In this document: positions 13,138 through 24,379 of the stretch, in pieces
How the letters are laid out: every line of letters starts with the position of its first letter
Position numbering within the stretch: position 1 is the stretch's first letter
DNA from: Gracilinanus agilis
Taxonomy: Eukaryota
DNA length: 64,000 bases
NCBI RefSeq assembly: GCF_016433145.1
Contig: NC_058130.1
Span: forward strand, 752,118,929-752,182,928
Reading direction: 5' to 3'
Notes under the pieces: generated by a model
Database searches by the model: none
What the model was told of the DNA's origin: nothing
What the model saw: the letters and a program-made list of their open reading frames with translations, nothing else
Position numbers and translations under genes: made by a program

Positions 13138-13351
13138 TTTTTTTCTTTTTCTGAAAAACTCTTCTTACCTTCTGTTCTAGAATTGATAGTGAGTATTTGT
13201 TGCAAGGCAGAAGAGCAAAAAGAATGAAGCAACAGGGGTTAAATGACTTTTCCAGTCTCACTTGGCTAGAGAATGTCTGAGGCCAGATTTGAATCCAGGA
13301 CCTCCTATCTCTAGGCCTGACTCTCAATCCACTGAGCCACCCAGCTGCCCC
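13138..13351 (-). mobile_element. SINE1_Mdo-like SINE
   Basis: Reverse-complement head ...ctctcaatccactgagccacccagctgcccc and T-rich tail. Confidence 0.85.
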
Positions 13352-14123
13352 ACTCATGTTTTGGATTCCCTGGGGCTCCTGTGGGACCAAGAAAGGACTG
13401 GGTTGGAATTACCTGCTCCCAGATTCATGGGTTGGAATGGATGGGAAAGGGCTTATCTCCGTGTTGGCCAAGATGGCAGGAGAGAAAATAGGGCATGTTA
13501 GGCCTCGGTTCTGTGCTCTTCAGCAGACATTTATTAACAAAAGGCCAGAGGCTTTCCTTCCCCATCTGGCACGAGGCACCGTAGGCTTGAGAAATGACGC
13601 CAGGACAGACGTTTCCAGTTCATGCTAGAGTTCAGGGACTTGGAGAGAGCAGCAAGGACCAAGACAGAGCCGTCCAGCTGTCACTGTTCCTCTTGGATTG
13701 CCCGCCAAGGAGTCTCCCGAGTCAGTGGTGTTCCCTAGGAGTGCTAAGGCCTGGATGCCCACGTGTGTGGACCTTGAAGAGCTCTTGGTTCCTTTGGATA
13801 GAAGAAGACTGGCGACATCTTTGCCAGACTCACCCAGCAGGAAAGGTGGCCTTTGGGTCCCCACGTCTAGTACCTTCTTCCAAGAACAGGAGCCGGGTGT
13901 CTGGTAGCCCCTGCCGTTGGCTGGGCCTTGGGCTCCCCAGCTTGAGAAGATCTCGCCCCGCTCTGGGGGGCAGAACATGATTCCAGAGGCCGAGACACTG
14001 TTATGTGTCCAGGCCAAGAACCCAGCCATTCAGAGGTGGGGCCATTGTTCCTCGGAACATAGAAGCCCACGGGCTGGTGGGGTCAGGGCTGACCTCATGC
14101 CCCGCCAAGCCTTCCTGTCTCAG

Positions 14124-14555
14124 GAGGAGAAGCAGGCGAGAGTTAGAGAGCGGGACCGGCTTAAAAAGCGTCGCAAACGGGAGGACAGCCTGAAAAGGAG
14201 TCTGGAGAGGCAGAGGAATGCGGAGGCCATGAAACGCCGGCGGGAAGATGAGAAGGAGAGGGAGAAGGAACGCAGGAAGGACAGAGAGGCCAAGAGGAAG
14301 CGCAGGGAGAATGTGGAGGAGAGGCAGAAAGAGCGGGAGAAAGACCGTGAAGCCAAGAAGAGGCGGAGGAGGGAGAAGAAAGAAGAGAGGGAGAAAGCAC
14401 TGTCCGAGGATGTGGCTGCCCTGATGCCTCTATGGGACATGGAGGAGGAGGAGGAGGAAGAGGAAGAGGAGGAGGAGAGGGAAGGGAGAGACAAAGAACA
14501 AACGTCTGTGTTCCTGGGAACCCCAGCATCGCTGCTCTGGGTGCTTGCCTTGTGA
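14124..14555 (+). CDS. Putative alternative terminal exon of CDK2AP1 encoding 4x21-aa basic/acidic repeats plus poly-Glu (may start at 13941)
   Basis: Pyrimidine acceptor gccttcctgtctcag|GAG at 14123/14124 is phase 0, matching the exon-2 donor. Frame open from 13908 to TGA 14553-14555; AATAAA at 14629-14634. Protein-level 21-aa periodicity with mixed codons. No transcript evidence available. Confidence 0.55.
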   Translation, partial: EEKQARVRERDRLKKRRKREDSLKRSLERQRNAEAMKRRREDEKEREKERRKDREAKRKRRENVEERQKEREKDREAKKRRRREKKEEREKALSEDVAALMPLWDMEEEEEEEEEEEEREGRDKEQTSVFLGTPASLLWVLAL

Positions 14556-14628
14556 TACTCTTTGTAATTGTGGGGGGAAAAAAGGTTTATTTTTCAGAAG
14601 GGCATCATGGAGGGGCGGAGATGGGGCG

Positions 14629-14634
14629 AATAAA
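14629..14634 (+). terminator. Candidate intronic polyadenylation signal for the alternative CDK2AP1 terminal exon
   Basis: ggcgAATAAAaatgcc, 73 nt after the TGA, followed by GU/U-rich ttccattgtccgtctgtcgtcttt. Confidence 0.45.
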
Positions 14635-15370
14635 AATGCCTTCCATTGTCCGTCTGTCGTCTTTAAAAACAATTGTATGGCCATTTTTACAGCCTGCTCC
14701 TTCCCGCTCAGCTCTGGTCACGGGTCTCTAACGTGTGGGTGGGTGCCTTGCCCCAGCTCCTGGGTCCTCACTCGAGGGCGAGATCCCGCTCTTACTCCCT
14801 GTGGGAGATCGGAACTGTGCCCCTTGGCATCGTGGTAATGCCATTGATCTACCCTAGGGGAGATGTTAGCACAGAGCGGTTTGGAACTTGGCTCAGGGTC
14901 GCAGAGATCCCAAAGGGTAGCTAGGGTCACAGGCTCGTGGACGAGACCCGGAAGGGCACCTGGGAGGCCGTCTGGTCCAACCCTCTCATTTTTCAGATGA
15001 CAGAAGTGACTCGCCTAAGGTCACCCAAATAATAAATGACTGGGCCGGAACTCGAAGCTGCCTTCTTGACTCCCACCTCCTGGGCCAGTGTCTGGTTTCC
15101 CTTTGTGCCCTTCCCCGCAGCCCACCGAAAGCTCTGGAGGCCATCCCTGATGTCGTGTCAACCCAAGTGCTTCAGCCCCTGAGCCGCTGTTGGGGCTGGG
15201 GGCTTCCGGGGCTGGGATCAGGGTGCCCATCCCTCGCTACTGGACATCACCCTGCCTTTGGCAGCCGCCAGGGCACGATACCACCCAGCTGGTGGCCTCG
15301 GCTTGCCCCAAGAGAGGTGTCAAGCTCTGGATTTCTCCAGTCATTCTAATAAACTTCTCTCTGACTCTAG

Positions 15371-15497
15371 GGTACAGGGAGCAGCCAGGTACCCCAAAGC
15401 AAATATGCAGAACTTCTAGCTATCATCGAAGAACTAGGGAAAGAGATCAGACCCACATATGCAGGGAGCAAAAGCGCCATGGAGAGGCTGAAACGAG
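15371..15497 (+). CDS. CDK2AP1: CDK2AP1 coding exon 3 (127 bp)
   Basis: Acceptor ttctctctgactctag|GGT; [42 protein letters not shown]+G; donor G|gtaagt. Near-identical to recalled human sequence; phases 0/1 are consistent. Confidence 0.97.
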
Positions 15498-16024
15498 GTA
15501 AGTGGTGGGTGGGCTCCGGGCACAGGCTCAAACACTGCCATTTACTTGGGGGGCTTCAGAATCAAAATGTAAGAGCAGAAGGAATGTAGGATCAGATCTT
15601 CACAGCTACAAGGGACCCTTAGACCAACTCCCTTATTTTACAGATGAGGAAACTGAGGCACAAGGGTCACACGCATAGTGACAGAGCTGGGATTAAATCT
15701 CAGGTCCTCTGTTGTTATCTTTAGCATCATTGCTGGCCAAGGAGGAGGGGACCTGTTCTCCCATTAACCAGCGAGGAATTCCAGGTCCATAGTCTCAGAA
15801 CCGGAAGGGGCCTTAGAAGGGAGACCACATGACCTAGAGGGTACAGTGCCAGATTTGGATTTCAGAAGACCGAGGTTGAGATACCCGTTTCACTTGTTGT
15901 AGCCTCCATTTCCTCATCTGTAAAACGGGAATAATAAGGGCACCTACTTCTCTTTCCGGGATGTTGTGAGGTTGTGAGGATCAGATGAGATCATATTTGA
16001 AATGGGCTTTTTATTGTTGTTGTT

Positions 16025-16300
16025 GGGGCAGTGGATAGCATGCAGGGCCTGGAGTCAGGAAGACCTGAGTTCAAATCCAGCCTCAGACGCTTACTAGCTG
16101 GGTGATCCCGGGCAAGTCACTTCACCCTGTCTGCCTCAGTTTCCTCAACTGTCAAATGAGCTGGAGAAGGAAATAGTGAATCACTCCAGTATCTTTGCCA
16201 AGAAAATCCTGAATGGAATCACCAAGAGTCAGACCCAACTGAAGACAACCACCACCACCTGTCAGGTTTACTGTGGGGATCAGATGAGACGTGCTTGCAG
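16025..16300 (+). mobile_element. MAR1/MIR-type core-SINE
   Basis: ggggcagtggatagc...ggagtcaggaagacctgagttcaaatccagcctcagac...gagctggagaaggaaat...ccagtatctttgccaagaaaa. Confidence 0.8.
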
Positions 16301-17434
16301 AGGCCTTGGAGAGCTCTTACTGGCGCCCGTCAGCTCTAAGTGTGGAGGCCCCTCTCCCGTCGCAGACTGGCACTTGCTTTTAAAATGGTTTTCCTGAGGA
16401 GGCAGAGAAAGGGCCAGTGAGTTACCCAAGGTCTCTGAGGTAATAAAGAGCAGAACTGGGATTCAAACCCACTGTTGGCTCCAGATTGGAACGCAGAAGT
16501 CCCTGAGCAGGATGACTTGGAGAGCTACCTCCTAGCCTCACCGAAGGCTTGGGCATGCGTGGGCACGCAGTGCCAAGCTCTAGGCCTTTCTCCCCTGCAA
16601 AAAACTCACGTAAGGGGAATTTTTATGTTTCTCTGGAGCCCATCTGGTTCCTGCCGTGGAAGCTTAGCCCCAGCCTGCCTGTGGTTCATTTAGTCGACAT
16701 TGGTCCCAGCCCTGGAGCAGCGAGTGCCAAGTAAAACAGACCTCCCCTTGGAAACAAAGCCCTCATCTTGGCAGGGCGAGTGACCTCTTCCAAGTGGGCA
16801 GGCTAGCTTTCACCTGGAGTGGGCACAGCTTTCTCTCCCAAGGGGCCACATCCAGGGCAGCAGGCAGGAAGGGAGGGTGGCACCGAGGGTCTCCAGAGTG
16901 GTCCTTTGTGGCTGGGCTTCCTGAGGCCTAGGAACCTGGGGAAAGTGAGCCCAAGCGCGGGATAGGGGGCCAGAGAGCCTTTTGGGATTGTTTATCCTCA
17001 GAGAGGATTAGATGAAAGCAAGGCATGACTGAAGTGAAAATAAGACCTGGTGGTTGCCGCAGCAAGCTAAATAGGTTGCTACCTTATGTTAAAAAAAAAA
17101 AAAAAAAAAGGAAGGCAAAAACCTTTCTAATTTAAAAGGTGGCACTTGAGAGGAGCAAAGTGTGGGGCTTGGGGGCAGGGGCAGGATTCGGGGGTAGACT
17201 TTTAATAAGCTTACCTGTGCCTAAATCCCTAGAACAAAGAGGACGTGAGAATCTTAGAGAGGGTATCGGGTTGTCCCCTTTCTGCACACCCTACATTTTA
17301 CAGCTGGGCAAACTGAGGCCCAGAGAGGGCAAGTAAGCTCGTCCAAGCTTACCCAGGTTGTAAATGGCTGAGCCGGTACTTGAACCTAGTTCTCCTGACT
17401 CCAAATCCATGGCACCATTGTATCAGTAGATCAG

Positions 17435-17665
17435 TGGCAGCTAGCTGGGTCAGAAGTCAGGAAGACATCATCTTGAGTTCAAATCTGACGTCAGACTGCT
17501 TCTAGCTGTGTGACCTTGGACAAGTCACTTAACCCTTTCTGCCTCAGGTTTGTCATCTATAAAATGAGCTGGAGAAGAAAATGGCGAAGCACTCTAGGAT
17601 CTTTGCCAAGAAAACCCCCAAATAGCATCACAGAGAGTCAGACACAACTGAACAGCCACCACAGC
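17435..17665 (+). mobile_element. MAR1-type core-SINE
   Basis: Same head, core and tail as the 16025 copy. Confidence 0.75.
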
Positions 17666-18019
17666 CTCAGTAGTTGAAGGTTATGGGATTTCGATGCTGT
17701 GGGAAGCCTCTCCACCAACCATCCAGTAGGGAGAAATGTTCCAGATTTGCTGAAAGCTCAGGGAGACTGATTCGTCTGAGATCGTGTCAATAATGAGTAG
17801 AAGAGTCAAGATTTGCACCCAGCTCCTAGTATTCCAAATTTAGTGTTCTTTCCATGCATTGGAGCTTGTAAGAAGTAGGAGAAAGCAAGGAGATGTTCTT
17901 TGCTTCCAAAGGAGAACTGGGGAGAGTGTGCCTGCCCTTCTCCTTCCCCAACTCCCGCTCCTGGAGGGAGAGCTAATGGCCTAGGACCTTGACTGCTTTT
18001 TAAAAAATCCTCTGTCTCA

Positions 18020-18219
18020 GGGGCAGCTGGGTGGCTCAGTGGATTGAGAGTCAGGCCTAGAGATGGGAGGTCCTAGGTTCAAATCTAGTCTCAGACACTT
18101 CCTAGCTGTGTGACCCTGGGCAAGTCACTTGACCCCCATTATCTAGCCCTTACTGCTTTTCTGCCTTAGAACCAATATAAAGTATTAAATCTAAGATGGA
18201 AGGTAAAGGTTTAAAAAAA
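18020..18219 (+). mobile_element. SINE1_Mdo-like SINE
   Basis: ggggcagctgggtggctcagtggattgagagtcagg...atggaaggtaaaggtttaaaaaaa. Confidence 0.9.
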
Positions 18220-18821
18220 CCCCAAAATATCTCTATCTCTACCCAAAAAGTTCACCAAAGCAGCGTTGCCACTGGCCACAAAAGACTGGCAAGATAGATG
18301 TTTAAAGGGGACAGTGAGGGTGAAGAGAACACGAAGGAACTGCAAAGATCCCATCAGCTGGGCTCTTGAAGTGGGCAGGTATCACTGGCCTGCTTATATA
18401 TATAGCTTCTCAGGATGATCCGGGACCTGGAGAACCCCCGAAATCTGAGAAAAGGCCCAGAAAGTCAAAGCTTTATAACTGTAGACAGAACTAGTGGCCC
18501 ATTGCCTGGCCCAGCCAGACCCTATCCGGAGTATTAGGTGCCTTTCTGGGCACCCTGTTTTAGGATGGCACCTGATAAGTTGGAAGGCTATCAGGATGGG
18601 CAGAGAGGCCTCCCAGTGCTTGTCACATGGGGGATCAGTGAGAAGGAAATGGGGATGTTTAATCTGGGGAAAAGTTAGGGAGGGAAATGACTATTTTATC
18701 CAAGTATCTGAAAGGCTGTCATGTGGCTGAGAGATTAGATGATTTCTGGGGTGGAATAATACTAGCTAACATTTATATAGCACCTACTGTGCGCCAGGCA
18801 CTGTGCAAAGGGCTTTGCAAT

Positions 18822-19030
18822 TTAAAAAAAAAATTTTAAACCTTACCTTCCACCTTAGAATCAATACTAAGTAATGGTTCCAAGGCAGAAGAGCTGTAAG
18901 GGCTAAGGCAATGGGGGTCAAGTGACTTGCCCAGGGTCACACAGCTGGGAAGTGACTGAGGTCAAATTTGAACCCAGGACCTCTCATCTCCAGGCCTGGC
19001 TCTCAATCCACTGAGCTACCCAGCTGTCCC
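18822..19030 (-). mobile_element. SINE1_Mdo-like SINE inserted in an older MIR-type repeat
   Basis: Consensus match on -; ctttgcaatt repeated on both sides (TSD). Confidence 0.85.
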
Positions 19031-20779
19031 CTGGACTTTGCAATTATTGATTTCATCTTTATAACAACCCTGGCAAGTAATAAATAATAATTAACATCTG
19101 TATGGCACCTACTGTGCGCCAGGCACTATGTGATCACCAGGTGGAGTCAGGACTTTGGTTCAAATCTAACCTCTGATACTTTCTAGCTGTGTCACTTAAC
19201 CCCCAATGCCTCGCCTTTACCATTCTTCTGATGGCTAGTATCCATTCTAAGATAGAAGGTAATGGTTTAAAAAATATTGATTTGATCTTCATAATAGCCC
19301 AGGGCTGTACTACTAATAATAGCTAATATTTTTATACTGCCCAGTGGAGGAAACCGAGTCAAACAAGTGCCTTGCCCAGGGTCATACAGCTGGTTAGTGG
19401 ACCGAGGCCAGATTTGAATTCTGGCCTTCCCGCCTCCAGCTCCAGCATTCTACCCACCTCACCACCTAGCGGCCTCCGTGGAAAGCAGAGACAAAGGGAG
19501 GTTTGCCCTGAAAGTGCTCCAAAAGAGGATAGGCCGCAGGAGAAGGCAGGAGGTTCCCTCGTCACTGGGGCTGGCCGGGCACTTGGCAAGGAAGTCCCAG
19601 AAGGGCTTCTGGCTTTTTAGTTAGTCTGGTGGTGCCTGAAGCCCCTTCTAACCCTGGGGATTCTGAGGGCCTCCAGAGGTTGGTTGGAGGAGCTGAGAAG
19701 ACGACGGTAGACCGTATTCCGTAAGGAAGGGGTCATGAGGCTGTCCCCAAAGGGTAGTGCTCAGTGACTTTCTGAGAGAGGTGGGGGGAGAAGGGTGCGA
19801 GTAAATGGTTAGCAGTGGGTCCTCCAAGACCTCATGACCCAACAGTTTGATCTGCACTCTTTTCTCCGTCATGTTCTTAAATTTAGATCATCTAGAAAAC
19901 AATCGGGCTCAGATTGTGGCATTTGCAGGTCTTCTTGGGGTAAAGGCTCCCAGGGACAGTCGACTCTTGTCAGCGCCCCTGGGGGAGGGCATGGGATGTG
20001 TCGGTTTCATGGGGGGCTCATCCCTGGTATAATTTAACATCTCTGATTGGGCTGATGAAGAGACAGCCTCGCTCGCTGCTCAGTCACCTATTGAGATCTT
20101 CGGGAAATAAGAACAAGGATGTAATGAGGTTCACTGACACGTACGTGGCACTTACTGTGTGCTAAGCCCTTTCACCAGGATTATCTCATTTGATCCTCAC
20201 GACGACTCTTGAGAGGTAGGTGCTGTTATCACCCCCATTTTACAGAGAGGGAGACTGAGGCAGACCGAGGTTAAAGTGACTTGCCTGGAATCACACAGCC
20301 AGTAAGGTGAGATTTGAATGCAGGTTTTCCTGACTCCAGGAGGCCAAACTTAATTCACCGTGTTACCGAGCTGCCTTTTTATAAGTGAAGCTAAGTGGGT
20401 CATGGAGAACAGGGTCGGGGGAGGGGCCCGATGCAAACAAAAGACGAAAGCGGAGTCAAGGCCTCTTTTCATTCCAAGTGTGACAGAGAGAGGGTAGACC
20501 TCCCATAGTAGCCTCCTCCACCTCCTTCTGAAAGCCTTCCTGGGGTGTGCGCATGATCTTGGCTATTCAAGGCTATGCCCAGCCCTGTGGAAGGAAGGCC
20601 AGCCTGCCGAATCTTGAAGAGACTCCTCATCTGAAAGTTGGTCCAGTTTTTTTGGATGTAGCACATCAAAAAAGGATCCATATTAGTGGATAGGCTGGAC
20701 CCACTGACAGATCCTGGATCCTCCAAGTACAGTGAGGCCAGATGTGGCCCAGTGGAGAGAAGGCCCAGGTTCCAGTCTT

Positions 20780-21170
20780 GCCTCGGCCACTTTCCAGTTG
20801 TGTGACCCTGGCAAGTTATTTTACTTCTGTCTGCCTCCATTTCCTCATCTGTCAAATGGGGATGGGGCAGCTAGGTAGCACAATGGATAGAACACTGGGC
20901 CTGGAGTCAGGAAGACAATCCCACCTCAGACACTTTCTAGCTTGTGTGACCCTGGGCAAGTCACTTAACCCTGTTTGTCTCTGTTTCCTTTTCTGTCAAA
21001 TGAGCTGAGGAAGGAAATGCCAATAAAACCAAATGGAGTCATGAAGCGTCAGACATGGCTGAACAATAAATTGGGAATGATAATAGCCCCTACCTCCCAG
21101 GGCTTTTTGTGAGGATCAAATGAGATATTTGCAAAAGGCTTTACAAACTTTAAGGTGCTAAATATTATTT
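20780..21170 (+). mobile_element. Nested MIR and MAR1 core-SINEs
   Basis: MIR core interrupted by a ggggcagctaggtagcaca... element; MIR resumes at gggaatgataatagcccctacctcccaggg. Confidence 0.7.
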
Positions 21171-21252
21171 GCAAAAAGTTGCTGTCTTTGGGAGTGGAGA
21201 AAAGAAGTCTATTAGGCCTGCAGGAGTTGAGTACCTTTGAGACCATCTAGAG

Positions 21253-21463
21253 CAGTGATGGTGAACCTTTTAGAGACCGAGTGCCCACACTGCACCCTCA
21301 TGCCACATGTGAGCTGCTGCCTTACCCCAGATGGGAAGGAGGAAGCGTTCCCATTGGCTGTTGGATAGAGGGGCGGAGCATGGGAGGAATGTCCTCAGGT
21401 GTGTGTGGAGAAGGGAGGGAAGCAGCGCCTTCCAGCATTCATGCCATAGGTTTGCCATCACGG
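21253..21463. mobile_element. hAT-type MITE, copy 1
   Basis: TIRs CAGTGATGGTGAACCT / AGGTTTGCCATCACGG; flanks atctagag / ctctagac (imperfect 8-bp TSD with the TCTAGA target). Confidence 0.8.
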
Positions 21464-22277
21464 CTCTAGACCAACCCCCTCATTTTATAGCTGAAGGAAC
21501 TGATCCCCAGAGAGGGTAAATGAAGGATTTAGAGCTGGAAGGGACTTTAGAGGCCATCTAGGTTGAGGCTCACTTTATAGATAAGGAAACTGAGTCTGAG
21601 AGAGACTAGAACTTGCTGAAGGACACATAGGTCATCATTGCCAGCATCAGAATTTGAACGTGGGGCTTTTACTATACTATGCTATATCCTTAATTACTTC
21701 ATAATTAATTCAAATGCTTAAGTGCCTACTAGCTCTAGGGAGATGGCAACAGGTATTGCAAAAGCTGACCCTGCATTGAGGAGCTCCTGATCTGTTTCTC
21801 TTCCTGGGATTGGTGTTTCCCCCTTTGAAGCCTGTATTAGAGGGGCGGCTCATTGGAATGGGGCTTGGGGGCAACCCGGGCTTCTCAAAGATGACCACCT
21901 TCTTTTTTCAAACCTTTACCTTCCATCTTAGAATCAATACTAAGTGTTGGTTCCAAGAGAAAAGTGTGTTCATTTGGGTTCTCTCTAGCTGAAAGAATAT
22001 GAAGTTGACCAGTAGATGTGGTCAAGGGAGGGAGAAGTCCGGGTGTGTGTGGGGGGTGTTTAAGACTCTTTGTTAGTAAATGGCTGGGCCAGAATTTGAA
22101 CTCAGAGCCTTTGGTTTCAAATCCAGCAAGCTTGTACCACTCTATCAGAACATGATTCTTGTTTGGATGCTGAGGAGAAGGCAATCTTTTGCTGAAGATG
22201 CCCCAAACCAAGGGAGAACCTCCAGACTCTTAATTACTTTCCAAGCCTTCCAAGGTCAGACAAAGAAAAATAGGTTT

Positions 22278-22488
22278 GGGGCAGTTAAGTAGCTCAGTGG
22301 ATAGAGAGCCAGGCTTGGAGTCAGGAGGTCCTGGGTTCACATCTGGCCTCAGACACTTCCTAGCTGTGTGACCCTGGGCAAGTCACTTAACCCCCCCCCC
22401 CATTGCCTAGCCTTCATCACTCTCCTGCCTTGGAACCAATGCACAGTATTGATTCTAAGATGGAAGGTGAGGGTTTAAAAAGGAGAAA
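22278..22488 (+). mobile_element. SINE1_Mdo-like SINE with TSD
   Basis: Consensus match; aagaaaaatagg at 22263-22274 and 22489-22500. Confidence 0.88.
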
Positions 22489-22674
22489 AAGAAAAATAGG
22501 ATTGACAACCACCTGTTGGGGGAGTTGAGGCCCAGTCTTTTGGATGGGCCAGTTGACACCTTTAATTTCTTTCTAAGACTGGGGGTTCAAGGTAGGGCCT
22601 TAACATCCTCTCCTGTTTGTTTGAAATCCATCACATGAATCCACTCATTTCCATCTTCTTGCTTCCTCTTCCAG

Positions 22675-22742
22675 GCATCATTCATGCTCGAGGATTAGTC
22701 CGGGAATGCCTGGCAGAGACTGAACGGAATGCAAGATCCTAG
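22675..22742 (+). CDS. CDK2AP1: CDK2AP1 last coding exon (68 bp including stop)
   Basis: Acceptor cttcctcttccag|GC; (G)[21 protein letters not shown] with TAG at 22740-22742, identical to the recalled human C-terminus. Confidence 0.97.
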
Positions 22743-23498
22743 CCTCCCACTTCATTTCCAAAGTTTTCCATTTCTTTGTGAAGAAGAAAGAGTAACACTT
22801 ATTCCTCTGGTGACTTTCAAAACATTCATCTGAATCCCATATTTTGAATGTTCTAAAAGTTTCGGTTCTTTCCCCTTTTCTTCCTCCCATCCCCAAGACA
22901 CAGTCTAAGAATAGAAGAAAAGACAACTTTGCAGTCAAGATTTCCATTATAAGTAGTTAGAACAACCTAGGTTACTTTTTTTTTTTTTTTAAGCATTGAG
23001 ATCCAGAAAATGCATGTAGACAATTCTGCTTCTGTTCTTGCAAACTATAGTTTACTGCCCTGCTAACTTGTCCAAATCTTTGATTTTCTTCCTTTGCGTA
23101 CGCTTAAAACATCACACAAATTGTCGTTCTTTGCACCTTTTCCAGAATCTCCAATAACTCTTAAGGATTTTTTCATGAGTCAATGCCAACTGCTTGTTCT
23201 TCCTGACAGTTTGGTATCTCCTGGTTAGGGCTACACCGATTGAGACCCTGCTTTAAAAAAAAGAACTTTTTGTTTTTTGGTATGTGAGCATTTGCATGAT
23301 TGTTTGTGCTTTGAATTTAAATGCATGAGTTATAAATACAGAGGACTGAGCAGCCTACTGAAAAATTAAGAACCCAGATAGTTACTTTTCAGACAAAGAC
23401 TGTAGATTTCAGGTCTTGAGTTTGCCATAGAATGACTAAAAAAATCTGGATAAATGACTAAAACTGTTACGTGCATCTTTGTATTTATTACTTGATGT

Positions 23499-23504
23499 AA
23501 TAAA
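23499..23504 (+). terminator. CDK2AP1: Probable CDK2AP1 polyadenylation signal (3'UTR about 22743-23525)
   Basis: AATAAA in cttgatgtAATAAAgcttattttc at the end of an AT-rich, repeat-free 3'UTR, followed by U/GU-rich sequence. Confidence 0.7.
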
Positions 23505-24379
23505 GCTTATTTTCATTAACAATTTGTATCAAAATGATTGTAGGTCTGCTTTTATTTGGGAGGTGGTGTTGACACAACTCAACAAATTACTGGGTAGCAG
23601 GGCCAGAATCGAGGGGGTCTCACGGAAACCAGGGACACGGAGTGATGTGTTGGCGTGGCAAGACCTAGCTTGAAAAGCCTTGTGGGTCAGAGGTGGGAAC
23701 AGACAGCAGGCTTATCATGGGAGAATGACATCATGGTGTTTTGCATCAGTTACAAGAGCAGAGATGTGGTCGGTCTGGCAGGAAGGAGAGTAGGGGAGGA
23801 TGAGGTTTTTTTATAACTATTAAGTTATACTGATAGGACTGGATCTAGGGAGTGGGCTTTCTCAGTTCTGCCTACCCAGATTATGAATGCTGAAAAGTCT
23901 TGGCTGGGGCAGAATGGACAAGTAGTTCTATCAATTTTTTTTTTAATCCTTATTTTCTATCTTAGTAACTATCTTAGGGCCAGGCAATGAGAGTTAAGTG
24001 ACTTGCCCAGGGTCAAATAGCTAGGAAGTATCAAAGGATAGATTTGAACCTAGTTCCTTTGAATTCCAGGCCTGGTGCTCCCTAGTTTCTGGAAAAGTTA
24101 AGATGGCATAAATGATGACAATTAATGGTAAAGTGCAACCGTATTATTGTAGGAGTATACCATTAAACTGGTTCATAAATGAGTACCAACAGTACCCAAC
24201 GTTTTTGACAGATCCTACAGTTTGTTTTGGGGATGGAACTCGTCATTGTTTGGTTTGGCTCATACCCTAGTTTTGTGCTGTTCTAAGTTTCCATTTATGT
24301 AGCTATTCACCTAATAGCTTTCTTTTGGGTCCCTCCAACACCCCACGATACTTTATAAAGTATGAATATATAGAGTACA

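Noticed and set aside
14120-14529. Minus-strand Ser/Phe/Leu-rich ORFs
   Set aside because: Antisense shadow of the purine-rich plus-strand repeat ORF.
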